DNA from: Octopus vulgaris
Lineage: Eukaryota
Reading direction: 5' to 3'
Length of the DNA: 64,000 nt
Assembly: GCA_951406725.2 (NCBI GenBank)
Contig: OX597814.1
Span: 190,898,001 to 190,962,000 of the forward strand
The notes under the pieces are model-generated. The model had not been told where the DNA came from, did no database searches, and saw only the letters and a list, made by a program, of their open reading frames with translations. Position numbers and translations under genes: made by a program. Positions within the stretch are counted from its first letter, which is position 1. Every line of letters starts with the position of its first letter. This document shows, piece by piece, positions 49,397 through 61,106 of the stretch.

Positions 49397-51204
49397 TCAT
49401 CATCATCATCATTTAGCGTCCGTTTTCCATGCTAGCATGGGTTGGACGGTTCTGCTGGGGTCTGTGAAGCCAGAAGGCTTCATCAGGCCCAGTCAAATCT
49501 GGCAGTGTTTCTACGGCTGGATGCCCTTCCTAACGCCAACCACTCCGTGAGTGTAGTGGGTGCTTTTACGTGCCACCCGCACTGGTGCCAGACAGAGCTG
49601 GCAAACGGCCACGAACGGATGGTGCTTTTTATGTGCCACCGGCACGAGGGCCAGGCGAGGCTGGCAACGGACACGAAACGGGGCGGTGCTGGCAACGGTC
49701 GCGAAACGGAAAGTTCTCTTACATGCCACCGGCACTGGTAACACATCTGCAATTTCCATTGATCGATTTCCATTGATCGATTTCGATTCTGATCCTCACT
49801 TGCCTCAATGGGTCTTCACAAGCAGAGTTTCGACATGCCACCGGCACTGGTAGCACATCCGCAATTTCCATTGATCGATTTCGATTCTGATCCTCACTTG
49901 CCTCAACACGTCTTCACAAGTAGAGTTTTGTGTCCCAAGAAGGGAAGGTATGCATACGTAGGCTGGCTCCATCCCATGTAGAAGGCCACGGGTTATGGAC
50001 TCACTTGTCCTGCCGGGTCTTCGCGCACAGCACACTTCCAGAGGTCTCGGTCTCTAGTCATTTCCTCAGTGAGACCTAAAGTTCGAAGGTCGTGCTTCAC
50101 CACCTCGTCCCAGGTTTTCCTGGGTCTGCCTCTTCCACAGGTTCCCTCAACCGCTAGGGCGTGGCACTTTTTCACACAACTATCTTCATCCATTCTCGCC
50201 ACATGACCATACCAGCGCAAACGTCTCTCTTGCACACCACAACTGATGCTTCTTAGGTCCAGCTTTTCTCTCAAGGTACTTACACTCTGCCGAGTGTGAG
50301 TACTGGCATTACACATCCATCGGAGCATACTGGCTTCATTTCTAGCGAGCTTACGCATATCCTCAGCAGTCACGGCCCATGTTTCACTGCCATGTAGCAT
50401 GGCTGTTCGTACACACGCATCATACAGTCTGCCTTTCACTCTGTGCGAGAGGCCTTTTGTCACCAGCAGAGGTAAGAGCTCTCTGAACTTTGCCCAAGCT
50501 ATTCTTACTCTAGCAGTTACACTTTCAGCACACCCGCCCCCGCTGCTGACTTGGTCACCTAGGTAACGGAAACTATCAACTATTTCTAGTTTTTCTCCCT
50601 GGAAAGTGACAGAAGTTGGTCTCAGAGCATTTTCAGTGTTTATTGTTCCTGAGCATCTGCCACATACAAAAACCATCTTCCTAGTTAGCCTTCCTTTGAC
50701 ATTGCTGCATCTCTTATGTGTCCATAGCTTACACTTGGTGCATCTTATAGAGTTTCTACCTACACCTTTTCTACAGATCGAGCAGGGCCATCTACCTGAA
50801 GGTGTTTGTGATTTGTCAACCTTCCTACTGATTACGACTTTGGTTTTAGCTAGATTGACTCTAAGGCCCTTCGATTCTAATCCTTGTTTCCACACCTGAA
50901 ACTTCTCCTCCAGTTCTGATAGCGACTCAGCAATTAGAGCAAGGTCATCAGCATAGAGGAGCTCCCAAGGGCATCCTGTCTTGAATTCCTCCGTTATTGC
51001 CTGGAGGACTATGATAAATAGGAGGGGGCTGAGTACTGAGCCTTGGTGGACCCCTACCTCTACCCGGAATTCTTCACTGTACTCATTTCCAACCCTCACC
51101 CTACTAGCGGCGTCCCTATACATGGCCCGCACAGCTCTCACTAACCATTCATCTATCCCTAGTTTTCTCATTGCCCACCAGATAAGGGATCGGGGGACCC
51201 TGTC
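49397..51204 (-). mobile_element. 5'-truncated RTE-clade LINE with a PHD-like finger inside the RT and a long 3'UTR ending in (GAT)n
   Basis: DRVPR, GVHQGSVLSPLLF, LLYADDLAL, FRYLG, LHGSETW, LRWYGHV. The 3'UTR (49397-49990) matches the abundant repeat scattered through the window. Confidence 0.92.
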
Positions 51205-53212
51205 ATGTATATATAATATAAATTGGACATGGGCAATAGTTGTATTCTTTCTTGTCTTGAGGTTCACAGTGAAATGGCTGGGTGGATTCGTGTGAAAAAT
51301 GGCAGAGATGTGGAGACGGGTCCATAGATTGGAATGCTGTTTGTATTTTTTCCTAGCCCCCATAGTTACCGAGAAAATCGATTAAAAATTTTTCTAATGG
51401 AATTCCCCTGTTTCTTTCACCATTTAAATAATCAGCTACTCACACAGCCGGCATATACCATTTCACTAGAAACAAGGGGAGTACAGGATGACAGTCAGCC
51501 AAAACTTTCGCTATGCTGTCTCTCTTCTTTCACCTCTTTGTGGGGTTAATAATCTTAATCTTTAGTTACAGTTTCTCATTCAAACTACATAATAGGCAGA
51601 ATTGTCGGATTAAGACAGTAGGGTGTTTTGAGGGAGATTTGGCTGTTATTTCTATCAGGTCAAGCTACTATGTAGAGGTCTGAACTTAATTTTCATTCAC
51701 ATATTTGCATTTCAAATATTTCCCATATTCTTTTCTATGAATCAACTATTGTAACTCTATCTCTCTTTCTCACCCTCTTTCTCTCTCACATACACACGCA
51801 CAAGCATGCACACACACACATACACACGTCCATCGCATATATCTTCTTTCAATTTCTGCTCTCTGCAAATAAAATTCTTTATGGATACAACTGCTTCCAT
51901 GCAGCATGGAAAACGGACATTAAACAATGATGATGAGTATATATATATATATCAAAGGAATATATGCACTCACTGTATGACAACTTTTACCATTTAAGTT
52001 TTATTATGGAATACTGAAACATATCGAACAGGTGCCCCAACATGTTCACAGTCCAATGACTGAAACTAGTAAAAAAGTAAGATAGCTTTGGGAATCAGTA
52101 AAAACTACATATATATCTATATACATTTTCCTAAGCGATTCTTTGAAGCCTACAAAAACTATCCACCTTCAGTGTGCTGTGTTTATCAGAGAAGGTGTTT
52201 ACTGGTAAACAACACTAACATTACAGGATAGAGAGAGAAGATTGGATATCTAAACCTGATAATAAGCAGTTGTCAACTCATAGATAAATTTTTACTATCA
52301 GTGTAAATTTTTAGTATAGATGTATTCCATTAATTTCATTTTTGTAATATTTCAAAAACAGATTTATAACTATCTTTGGCATTTTGCAATGTTAAAAATG
52401 AACAGGTGGGAATCATAATATTGAGAACTGAGATTAAATATCTAATTCTCAGATATCTCAAAGTAAACAAGTTTTTATGCAAAATGTATTTCCCTACATT
52501 ACCTACATTATTTAAATTACAACAGAAAATGCTCTCAAAAAGTAGATTTTTTTTTAAATTAGGAAAGAAACCTTAAGTAAGATTTCTTCCATAATTAAGG
52601 GAAAATGAACTAAAAAAAATTTTATCATATGCTTAATGAAGTCATTCTAATAATCATCACCATCATTTAACGTCCATTTAACAGGAGCTCGCCAGCTAGA
52701 GTTGCCCAGGATGCCCTTCCTAATGCCAACAACTTTACAGAGTGACTGGAGAGCTTTTACATGGCACAGGCACAGGTGCCATTTTATGTGACACCAGTAT
52801 AGGTGCTTTTTACATGGCATTGACACGAGTGTGTTTTACATGGCTTCAGCACAGGTGCTTAAATCGGGAGGAAACCTTAAATAAGACCTCTTCCCTAAAT
52901 AAGGGGAAATGAGTGCAAAATATTTTGTCATATGCTTGGTGAAGCTGTTCTAATAATAATTTTTAACATAGACATAGGGTCACAAACTTGGGAGGCGTGG
53001 TTTGCTGAGTAAATCAATCGCAATACTTGACTAGTATGTTATCTTACTGACCCCTGGAAAGATGAAGGGCAAAGTGTACCACAATGGGATTTGAACTAAG
53101 AAAATGAAGAGCCAGAACAAACCCTAGGCAGTATTTTAAGACTAACAGCTTTGCTAATTTGGGATTATGTTGGAAACAAGTAAAGAAAGAAAAAGGAGAT
53201 GCATTTATTTAA

Positions 53213-53640
53213 CCCTTTAGCATATCTGGCCCAAATATTCTATCTGTTTTTCCTTCAAACTGGCTAGATCTGGCTTCTCACACCAACCCTACAGTGTCAT
53301 TCTAAAAGTAAATACATCATTGAAATTTTGAAGTTATGAGATAATTCATGATAGATTCAAAGCATTGTGAATAAATAAACATTACATTTGTCAGGCTAAT
53401 CTGAACACTAAAGGGGTTAACCCATTAACATTTAAACCAACCATATCCCACCCAAATATTCTACATGTTTTGTGTTCAAACCAGCCAGATCTGACATCTC
53501 ACACCTACTCTTCAATGTCATTGTGAAAATATACAATCGCATCATAGAAATCTTGAAGCTACAAGATATTGCATGCATAATTCAAAACAATGTGAATAAA
53601 TAAGCATCACATTTGACAAAGAAATTTGAATGCTAAAGGC
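53213..53640. mobile_element. Two tandem piggyBac-like MITEs sharing a TTAA site. Other copies: about 26550-26765, and 41525-42050 interrupted by an RTE tail
   Basis: TTAA|CCCTTTAGCAT...(TG)CTAAAGGG|TTAA termini; homologous bodies. Confidence 0.7.
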
Positions 53641-55111
53641 TTAAATTATTGATATTATTCTATAGATCTTCCAGTTCCACCTGTGGTATCCATATTTTTA
53701 GAATGTTTCTATCCAATAATGGTAATGTAGTTTACCAGTTAAAGCAATGAGCTGGCACAATGTTGTCAGCATGTTGAGCAAAATGCCTAGCAGCATTTCT
53801 TCAGGCTCTTTTTACAACCTGAGTTCAAATCCTGCCGAGGCCAACTTTTACCTTTTATCATATCAGGGCTGATAAAATGAAATACCACTTCAGTAACTGT
53901 CTTGTTCCCTATGATAAATATAATATAGTGAAGGTAGAATACTTAGGAGGATAAATATAATCTTGTTGATTCCAATGACTATATGGAATTGATTCACGTT
54001 TCTTGTGGCCTTGAAATTTAATTTGAATACATTTTCCTCCCCTCTGTTCACTGTATTGGACATTGTATTCTATTTCTGTCAATAGGGGCAGGCATAGCTG
54101 TGTGGTTAAGGAGCTCACTTTATAACCATGAGGTATTGGGTTCAGTCTCATGGCATAGTACCCAGGAATAAGTTTTTTACTATAGTCCTGAGCCAACCAA
54201 TTTCTTGTGAGTAAATTTGGTAAATGGAAACTGAAAGGAAGCCCATTGTGTGTGTATGCATATGTGTGTGCTTTGACCTCCCCACAACTGCTTGATAATT
54301 TGTATTGGTTTGGTAAATGAAATCAATAGAATAGGTAGACTTAAAAATATGTACTGGGGTTGATTTGTTCAACTAATCCCTTCAAAGTAGTGCTCCAACA
54401 TGGCCACATGTCCAATGACTGAAATAAGTGCATGTGTGTGTGTGTGTGTGTTTTAACAACTATTTACTCAATGGAAATTTCTAGAAAAACAAGTACTTGA
54501 GTGTTCATATCTCTGTCTTTTATCTTTGTCTTTTATTTGTTTCAATCAATGGCTGAGGCCACGCTGGGGCACTACCATGAATGGTTTTAGTTGAACAAAT
54601 CAACACCCTGAATTTTTCTTTTTTCTTTAGTTTTCTGGTTATTTCACCAGACTCTTTTGTCAAAGTCCTATATAACAGGGATGTAAACAAACCAACACCA
54701 GGTGTCTAGCAGTGGCAGGAGACAACACCAACAAACACACACACACACATACAATAGGCTTCTTTCAGTCTCTGCCTACCAAATACACTCACAAGGCTTT
54801 GGTCAGTTCAAAGCTATAGTAGAAGACACTTGTCCAAGGTCCCGCATAGCGGGACTGAACCCTGTACCATACGGTTGGGAAACAAGCATCATGCCATACA
54901 ACCACCTTCAATCATGTGACAAAGATAAATTTAATATGTCTTAATACCAGTCCTCGCTGACAGGGTTTTTCATGTAGGGAAAGCTGATTATACTCATTAA
55001 TTACTTAACATGTAAACTATTTTTGTGGCTAGCACTACAGATTCTTTACATTCTACCACTTGGCACATCTTAATTATTGTTTAATCATTTTATATTTAAC
55101 ATAAGGTTTCT

Positions 55112-55341
55112 CATTTCTTTACTGCCCACAAGGGGCTACACACAGAGGGGACCAACAAAAACAGACAAACGGATTAAGTCGATTATATCGACCCCAGTGC
55201 GTAACTGGTACTTATTTAATCGACCTCAAAAGGATGAAAGGCAAAGTCGACCTCGGCGGAATTTGAACTCAGAACGTAGAGGCAGACGAAATACCGCTAA
55301 GCATTCGCCCGGCGTACTAACGTTTCTGCCAGCTCGCCACC
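55112..55341 (-). mobile_element. tRNA-derived SINE family B (core GCCTTTCATCCTTT.GGGGTCGAT..AAGTACCAG, MetaSINE-like). Other copies: about 46841-47075, 56752-56987, 24185-24397, 39410-39625
   Basis: B box GAGTTCAAATTCC; 16-bp TSD TTAACATAAGGTTTCT. The 56752 copy has TSD GATGCTCTTCCTAAC. Confidence 0.85.
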
Positions 55342-56226
55342 TTAACATAAGGTTTCTATCCTACAATAAACAGACATTTTCAAGTATGAGAATATTTGGG
55401 CTTATATAAAACCCCTCTGTCTGTGTGTCTGCCTGTCTCTCCTTTAGGCACTGAGTTTGAACAAATATACTTTTGGTGGGTGGGAGGGGGGGATTAAGTT
55501 TGGGTTCACAGATTGTTACAATGAAGCAGCTTTCTAACCTGCTGGGTAGTTCTGACAAGAGGTAGAGCAAGATAGGCTATAATAAAAAATATGAAAACTC
55601 TATAAGCAGAATTAGTAACCTGAATATTATATGCTTCAACAAAATTTTTACTGATCATAATTCCATACAACTGGCATATATTTCATAACATTTTAATACC
55701 AATCTGTCCAAGACTGCCTCTCATTCTTTGATATGATTATATGTCTTTTTCTGTTTTTGAAAAAAGCCTTTCCTTTAAGTTAGGTTTAAAAGATTTATAT
55801 TGAGAAACTGGATTATTTTACTAAATTCTCGTTCTTGATTATTTTCTAAATTAATTGAAACAAACTGTATTTATTTTATTTATTTTTTGTTTTTAAAGAA
55901 ATGTGGTAATGAAAGAAAAGGGATAAGGAATTCGAAATGTTGGATGTCAAAACGACTTTTTATAAACATTAAACAACATAATATAAACATTTATACAAAT
56001 AATCAGCAGTTTTAAACATAAAAACAAACAGTTCGCCATACCTTAATTATGAAGTTTACCAAGTAAGTTGCTTCGTTACTACACTTATAACAACAACAAC
56101 AACCCAGTTGGTAGGCTTAAAGTTCACTTTACAATCCTCCTATCAAAAAAAGTCTGAGCTACTTAGGCCTGGAGTTTATCAATAAACAACCTAGAAACTG
56201 GCCACGTAAAGATAATAAACACTTAC

Positions 56227-56355
56227 CTGCTCTAGTGTAGCTTGTTTAGCTAAAGTGTCAGCTTCTAATTTTTCAATTTTTCTCATTAATTTATTTACTT
56301 GATACTCCTGCTCCTTCTCCAGAGTCTGTTCCAATTCAACTTTTTCTTGACGTAA
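56227..56355 (-). CDS. CCDC6: CCDC6 internal coding exon (first visible in window): [43 protein letters not shown]
   Basis: 129 nt, acceptor ...ccctcag| and donor |gtaagt, phase 0/0. The peptide matches the CCDC6 coiled-coil repeat as recalled from the human protein ([27 protein letters not shown]). Confidence 0.93.
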
Positions 56356-58202
56356 CTGAGGGAGAAGGGAAAATAAAGAACCATATAGAAAACAATATGT
56401 ATAACGACCTTTAATTAATTACTGTGTGAAATAAGATTACAAAATAATATAAAATAAAATGTAATAAAAATAAAACATTTTCATAAACTGTTTATAATAA
56501 AAAGGAAGTTGAATTGCAAACAGCTGTCTTTATCAATAATTTTCCATATATATACACGTTGCATATATAATGCTATGAATACCTGTGTATACACAAAATA
56601 AGAGCTATACATGTCTATGTATGCAGGTGCAAATTATTATCATTATTATTTAATGCTCATGTTCCATGTTGGTATGGGTCGGATGGTTTGACAGCATTAT
56701 GCTTCAGTGTCTGCTTTGGCCTGGTCTCTATAGCCGGATGCTCTTCCTAACTTATTTCTTTACTGCCCACTGGGGGCTACACACAGAGGGGGACAAACAA
56801 GGACAGACAAACGGATTAAGTCGATTATATCGACCCCATTGCATAACTGGTACTTATTTAATCGACCCCGAAAGGATGAAAGGCAAAGTCAACCTTGGCA
56901 GAATTTGAACTCAGAACGTAAAGACAGACGAAATACCGCTAAGCATTTTGCCCGACGTGCTAACATTTCTGCCAGCTCGCCGCCTTTGATGCTCTTCCTA
57001 ACATCAACCACTATACTGTGTGTGTGTGCATTTTATAAATTAACAAATATTATACAAACTAAATGCAAACCTTCTGTTTGCATTTAGGTTTTAATAGTGA
57101 ATAAACGGCTACTAAGAATACCATTATTTGCAAAGGCAAACTGCAATTTATTATTGCATTCATATCAACCATCAATTTGTTTTTTCAAACAACCTAATTT
57201 CACAAAGTATTTATGGCATATACATTCACATTCAGTCCTACTGTATGGGCACCATAAGCAAGTGTCTTCAGCTATAAGCTTGCATTTTGTGTGTGTCCTT
57301 ATTTTGACATTGCACAACAGTTATAAATGAGTGTCACTGTCATACATGCAGTGTCCTTTGTTTCCAGTCTTCCACAAAAACATGTCATGGGAAAATATGT
57401 CACTTAGGAAGAGGTGTGCGTTAGTAACAGGAAGGGCCCTCAGGTGTAGAAAATCTGCCCCAACAAATTCCGTCTGACCCATGCAAGAATGGAAAATGGA
57501 CATTAAATTAATGTGTGTGTGTAATTTGAACATAAGAAAGGTAGTAGACAAAGATAGAAGTACTACTACTACTACTACTACTACTACTACAAAGAGCACA
57601 GTTGTAGAATAAGCTTTGTGGGTATTGAAAGGTTCTGGGTTTCATCTCTGGTGGCAATCCGCAGATACACAATAACATGAATACAATCACACATACAATT
57701 ATTAATATTGTCAATGCTGACTGTATTAACCAGAGCTGCATCATTTTATGCTAACCTAAGATTAATTTTCTGTCAGTTATATGATTTCACTTTGACCTAC
57801 TTCTCTCTCTTCCTCTCACCAATTATATCATCAGCTTTTGTGCTTCCTTACTCAATTCCCTCAAATCATTCACTTCAAAATACTGCAGTGCTAATATCTT
57901 CTCACAATCTTCTCAGGGCCATTCTTATATCATTCAATTGAATCAATGCACCTAGAAGACATCATATCTATTTCACTAGTAATACATTAAATTATTTTTA
58001 TATTGTTCTATATCCACCACATTTACTGTCAGAAAACTTCATTTGATACCAGCTGTTAAACTTATCACTGGAAGAAAACCTGTCATCATATTTCATATAT
58101 AATGGACTTTATTTCTGAAATTCATTGTTAAATACAGTTGTTGTAGCTACTGTTTAGCCCCCAAGTCATACTTGATCAAGCAGACATGATAAAAAATAAG
58201 TA

Positions 58203-58785
58203 TAATAATAAATAATGAAATTATTGTATACAGTGCTCAGGTGCAATACAACTTGTCAAAAGTGCATATAAAGCATATGCAATAATGTACAAACGTCTGG
58301 AAAGTGAACAGTGCGTGTATGGAGGGGGAGAAAATCATGTGTAGTGCTGGCGAATCTCAGGAAGCATGGAAGTTTTGAAGGATGCAGTGCTCCGACAACT
58401 AACAACTGATGCCGGCAGTTTGTTCCATACTTCAGCAACTCTTAGCATGAAAAAATATTTCCAAAAGTGATAGGAGCTGTACTGTTTTCTGACTTTGTAA
58501 ACATGTCCATGGGTGTTAGACAGGTGGAGTTTGAAAAGGTGCTCAGAGTTATTGTTGGTAAGATGGTTAATAATTATATGGCTGTCTGCCAAGTCAGCTG
58601 CCAGACGTCAGAGTTTCAATGCATCCATGCCCAGGGAAGTAAGGCATTCAGAATATGGCAAATGCCTGATGGAGGGTATTCTCTTGGTTGCATGTCACTG
58701 AATGGTTTCCAGACGATTAATATCCTGGGCAAGATAGGGGTTCCAGACCGGTGATGCAAATTCCAGGTGAGGTCGCACCATAGCT
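58203..58785 (-). mobile_element. CR1-like LINE 3' fragment (same family as 34797-35226)
   Basis: ORF 58335..58592: HGHVYKVRKQ..KYFFMLRVAEVWNKLPASVVS; (ATT)n tail. Confidence 0.8.
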
Positions 58786-59207
58786 ATATATATATGTGTG
58801 TACCATGTTTGACATCCACTGTGTCTAAGGATGGTTGGGTGTAATTTGAAGGAGATTTAGCTGCAATTTCCAACAGGTTGAGCAATCCCCGAGTAATTTT
58901 TAAGAAAATTAATTTTAAAATATTTACTGAAGACCTTAAACTGTGAAATAAAATTTCAATGTTACTTCAGTAATGATGTTAAAACTACCAAAAAGTAGAA
59001 CTGGTATTCTCTGCAAGTCATATTGCTTCAATAAACTTAACATATCTCAACAACAGAAAAAAGTTCCAGACATGACGTTCCTCAAGTGATATATAAAACT
59101 GTTTAAGGTAATGAAATTATGAAGGACTACATCTGATTTCTGCAGTAAAAATACCCAATTTTTGGGTATTGAAAGGTTCTGAGTTTCATCTCTGGTGGCA
59201 ATCTGGT

Positions 59208-59595
59208 TACCAGCCACATGGCTCCGGGTTCAGTCCCACTGCATGGCACCTTGGGCAAGTGTCTTCTACTATAGCCTCAGGCCGACCAAAGCCTTGCGAG
59301 TGGATTTGGTAGACAGAAACTGAAAGAAGCCCATCGTATATATATGTGTGTGTGTGTGTGTGTATGTATGTGTATGTATATATATATATATGTGTGTGTG
59401 TGTGTTTGTGTATCTGTGTTTGTCCCTCAACATCACTTGACAACCGATGCTGGTGTGTTTATGTCCCTGTAACTTAGTGGTTCGGCAAAAGAGAGCGATA
59501 GAATAAGTACCAGGCTTACAAAAAATAAGTCCTGGGGGCGATTTCTTCGGCTTAAAGCGGTGCTCCAACATGGCCACAGTCAAATGACTGAAACT
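59208..59595 (+). mobile_element. tRNA-derived SINE family A with internal TA/TG microsatellite. Other copies: about 15505-15875, 16600-16810, 17180-17620, 30481-30650, 42910-43620, 54085-54430, 54520-54900, 61130-61535, 62770-62935
   Basis: GGGTTCAGTCCC B-box-like head, GGCACCTTGGGCAAGTGTCTTCTACTATAGCC core, tail CATGGCC(A/G)CAGTCAAATGACTGAAAC. Confidence 0.8.
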
Positions 59596-61106
59596 AATAA
59601 ATTGCAGTTCTTTCAAACCCTTTTGTGTAAACAGTTTTTGCAACTGAATGACAATGCCATTTCTTTTCCCTATGTTCATACTCATATCAGCAACAGTCAT
59701 CTTTACATAGTTCCAAAAATTGTATTCATCTAAACAGCTGTTATTCCTTTCACAACAGTATCAGCTCTTCTGTTTGATAATTGGAGTGTTTCTAACTTAA
59801 CTTCTCCCTGTTCATTCTTTAAAACTAGCACTTGGTATTCTTGGTCATCAATACATTTACCATCAAAATGCAATGACCAGTTTTCTAAATAAAATGTTTT
59901 CTTCATTTTCTTTTTTAGTTTAACAGCTTCTTTGATAGTTGATCTGTAAATACCAAATTGGGAAGGAGTCTCGACATTGATTCCATCTAGGGATAACTGT
60001 CAACAAACTGTTGTTGCTTTTTGGGTTGATAGCTTGGAAGATATCACTAACTTGGTTGCAGTTCCAGTTTTTGCTATACTTCCTCCTTGTTTTTGTGAAT
60101 TTTTCCTCTGATTTTTCAGACTCTTGATATTCACTTTAAGTCTCTGCTTTAGATGTTGACGATGACACTGGAGTTGCTCTGGTTGAAGTTGGCATTAAGG
60201 ACACTTTTATTCTTTTGGGTGGATGGATAGTTTCAGAACTAGCTGCCTTTCCAGTTGCATACCTAACCTGTCCCTTGCTTTCAATTTGAAGATAATATAA
60301 CTTTCTATCCTCACTGCACAGCCATTCACCGTTTTCCTTTGCGATGTCAAAAATTCCTTTTAATGAATTATATTTTCCTTGAATCACACATTTATTGTAG
60401 GTATTCAGCACTTCTATTTGTGCTTGCACATTTAATTTCATTTCTTTTACCATAAAAAGTTACTTCTTTTGAAATTTCCTTTAATGGTACTGCCAAGGAA
60501 CAGGTAGCTACTGACAATTTGAAGTTTCATTGGTATCCTGCAGTTGTTTTCCAAAGAGTGCTCTTCTAGAGGAACAGGTCTTCTTTTCCTATGTGAGTCT
60601 TGAAATTGCACGAGATTCTTCGTCCAGATTTTTTTGTTTCTTTGAGTGACACAAGCACTTCTCTTATGAGACATTATTTTAGATACTCTAGTTGGATAAG
60701 CCTACTATTCTGAAAAACAGTTACGATAGTCAGAGGTTTTAGCATCACAGAAATAGAAAAAGAGAGGAAGTGGATATTTCCTAAAGTAGGGCCTAAGTGG
60801 TAACAAATTATAAACTCTGTAACTCCTGAACTACTTAAACTTGAAAGCTAAAATTTGAGATATACTATTTCGGCATTGCATCAAGTCTGCACACCAAGTT
60901 TGGTAAAAACTTGAGTAGGCATTATAAACCCCACCTAGAATTTTGCATGATTAGGGTCAAAAGTGGTGTTAGATTTCTTCAGTTGGGAGTAAACTTTCTT
61001 AAAAAAACTTACAATAAAGGTTTTTTTCCATACTTATATGAAATTGTTCATCGACTTGATACAGGAAATTGTTTACTTCCAAAAAAGTCAAAAAGTCATA
61101 ACCCTA
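59596..61106 (-). mobile_element. Decayed hAT-superfamily (hATm-like) DNA transposon, 5' part
   Basis: Minus-strand remnants WSLHFDGK and VADMSMNIGKRNG (compare HWDGK / DTTxxNTG of such transposases), several stops and frameshifts, terminus TAGGGTTATG. Right part lost at a SINE junction. Confidence 0.55.
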
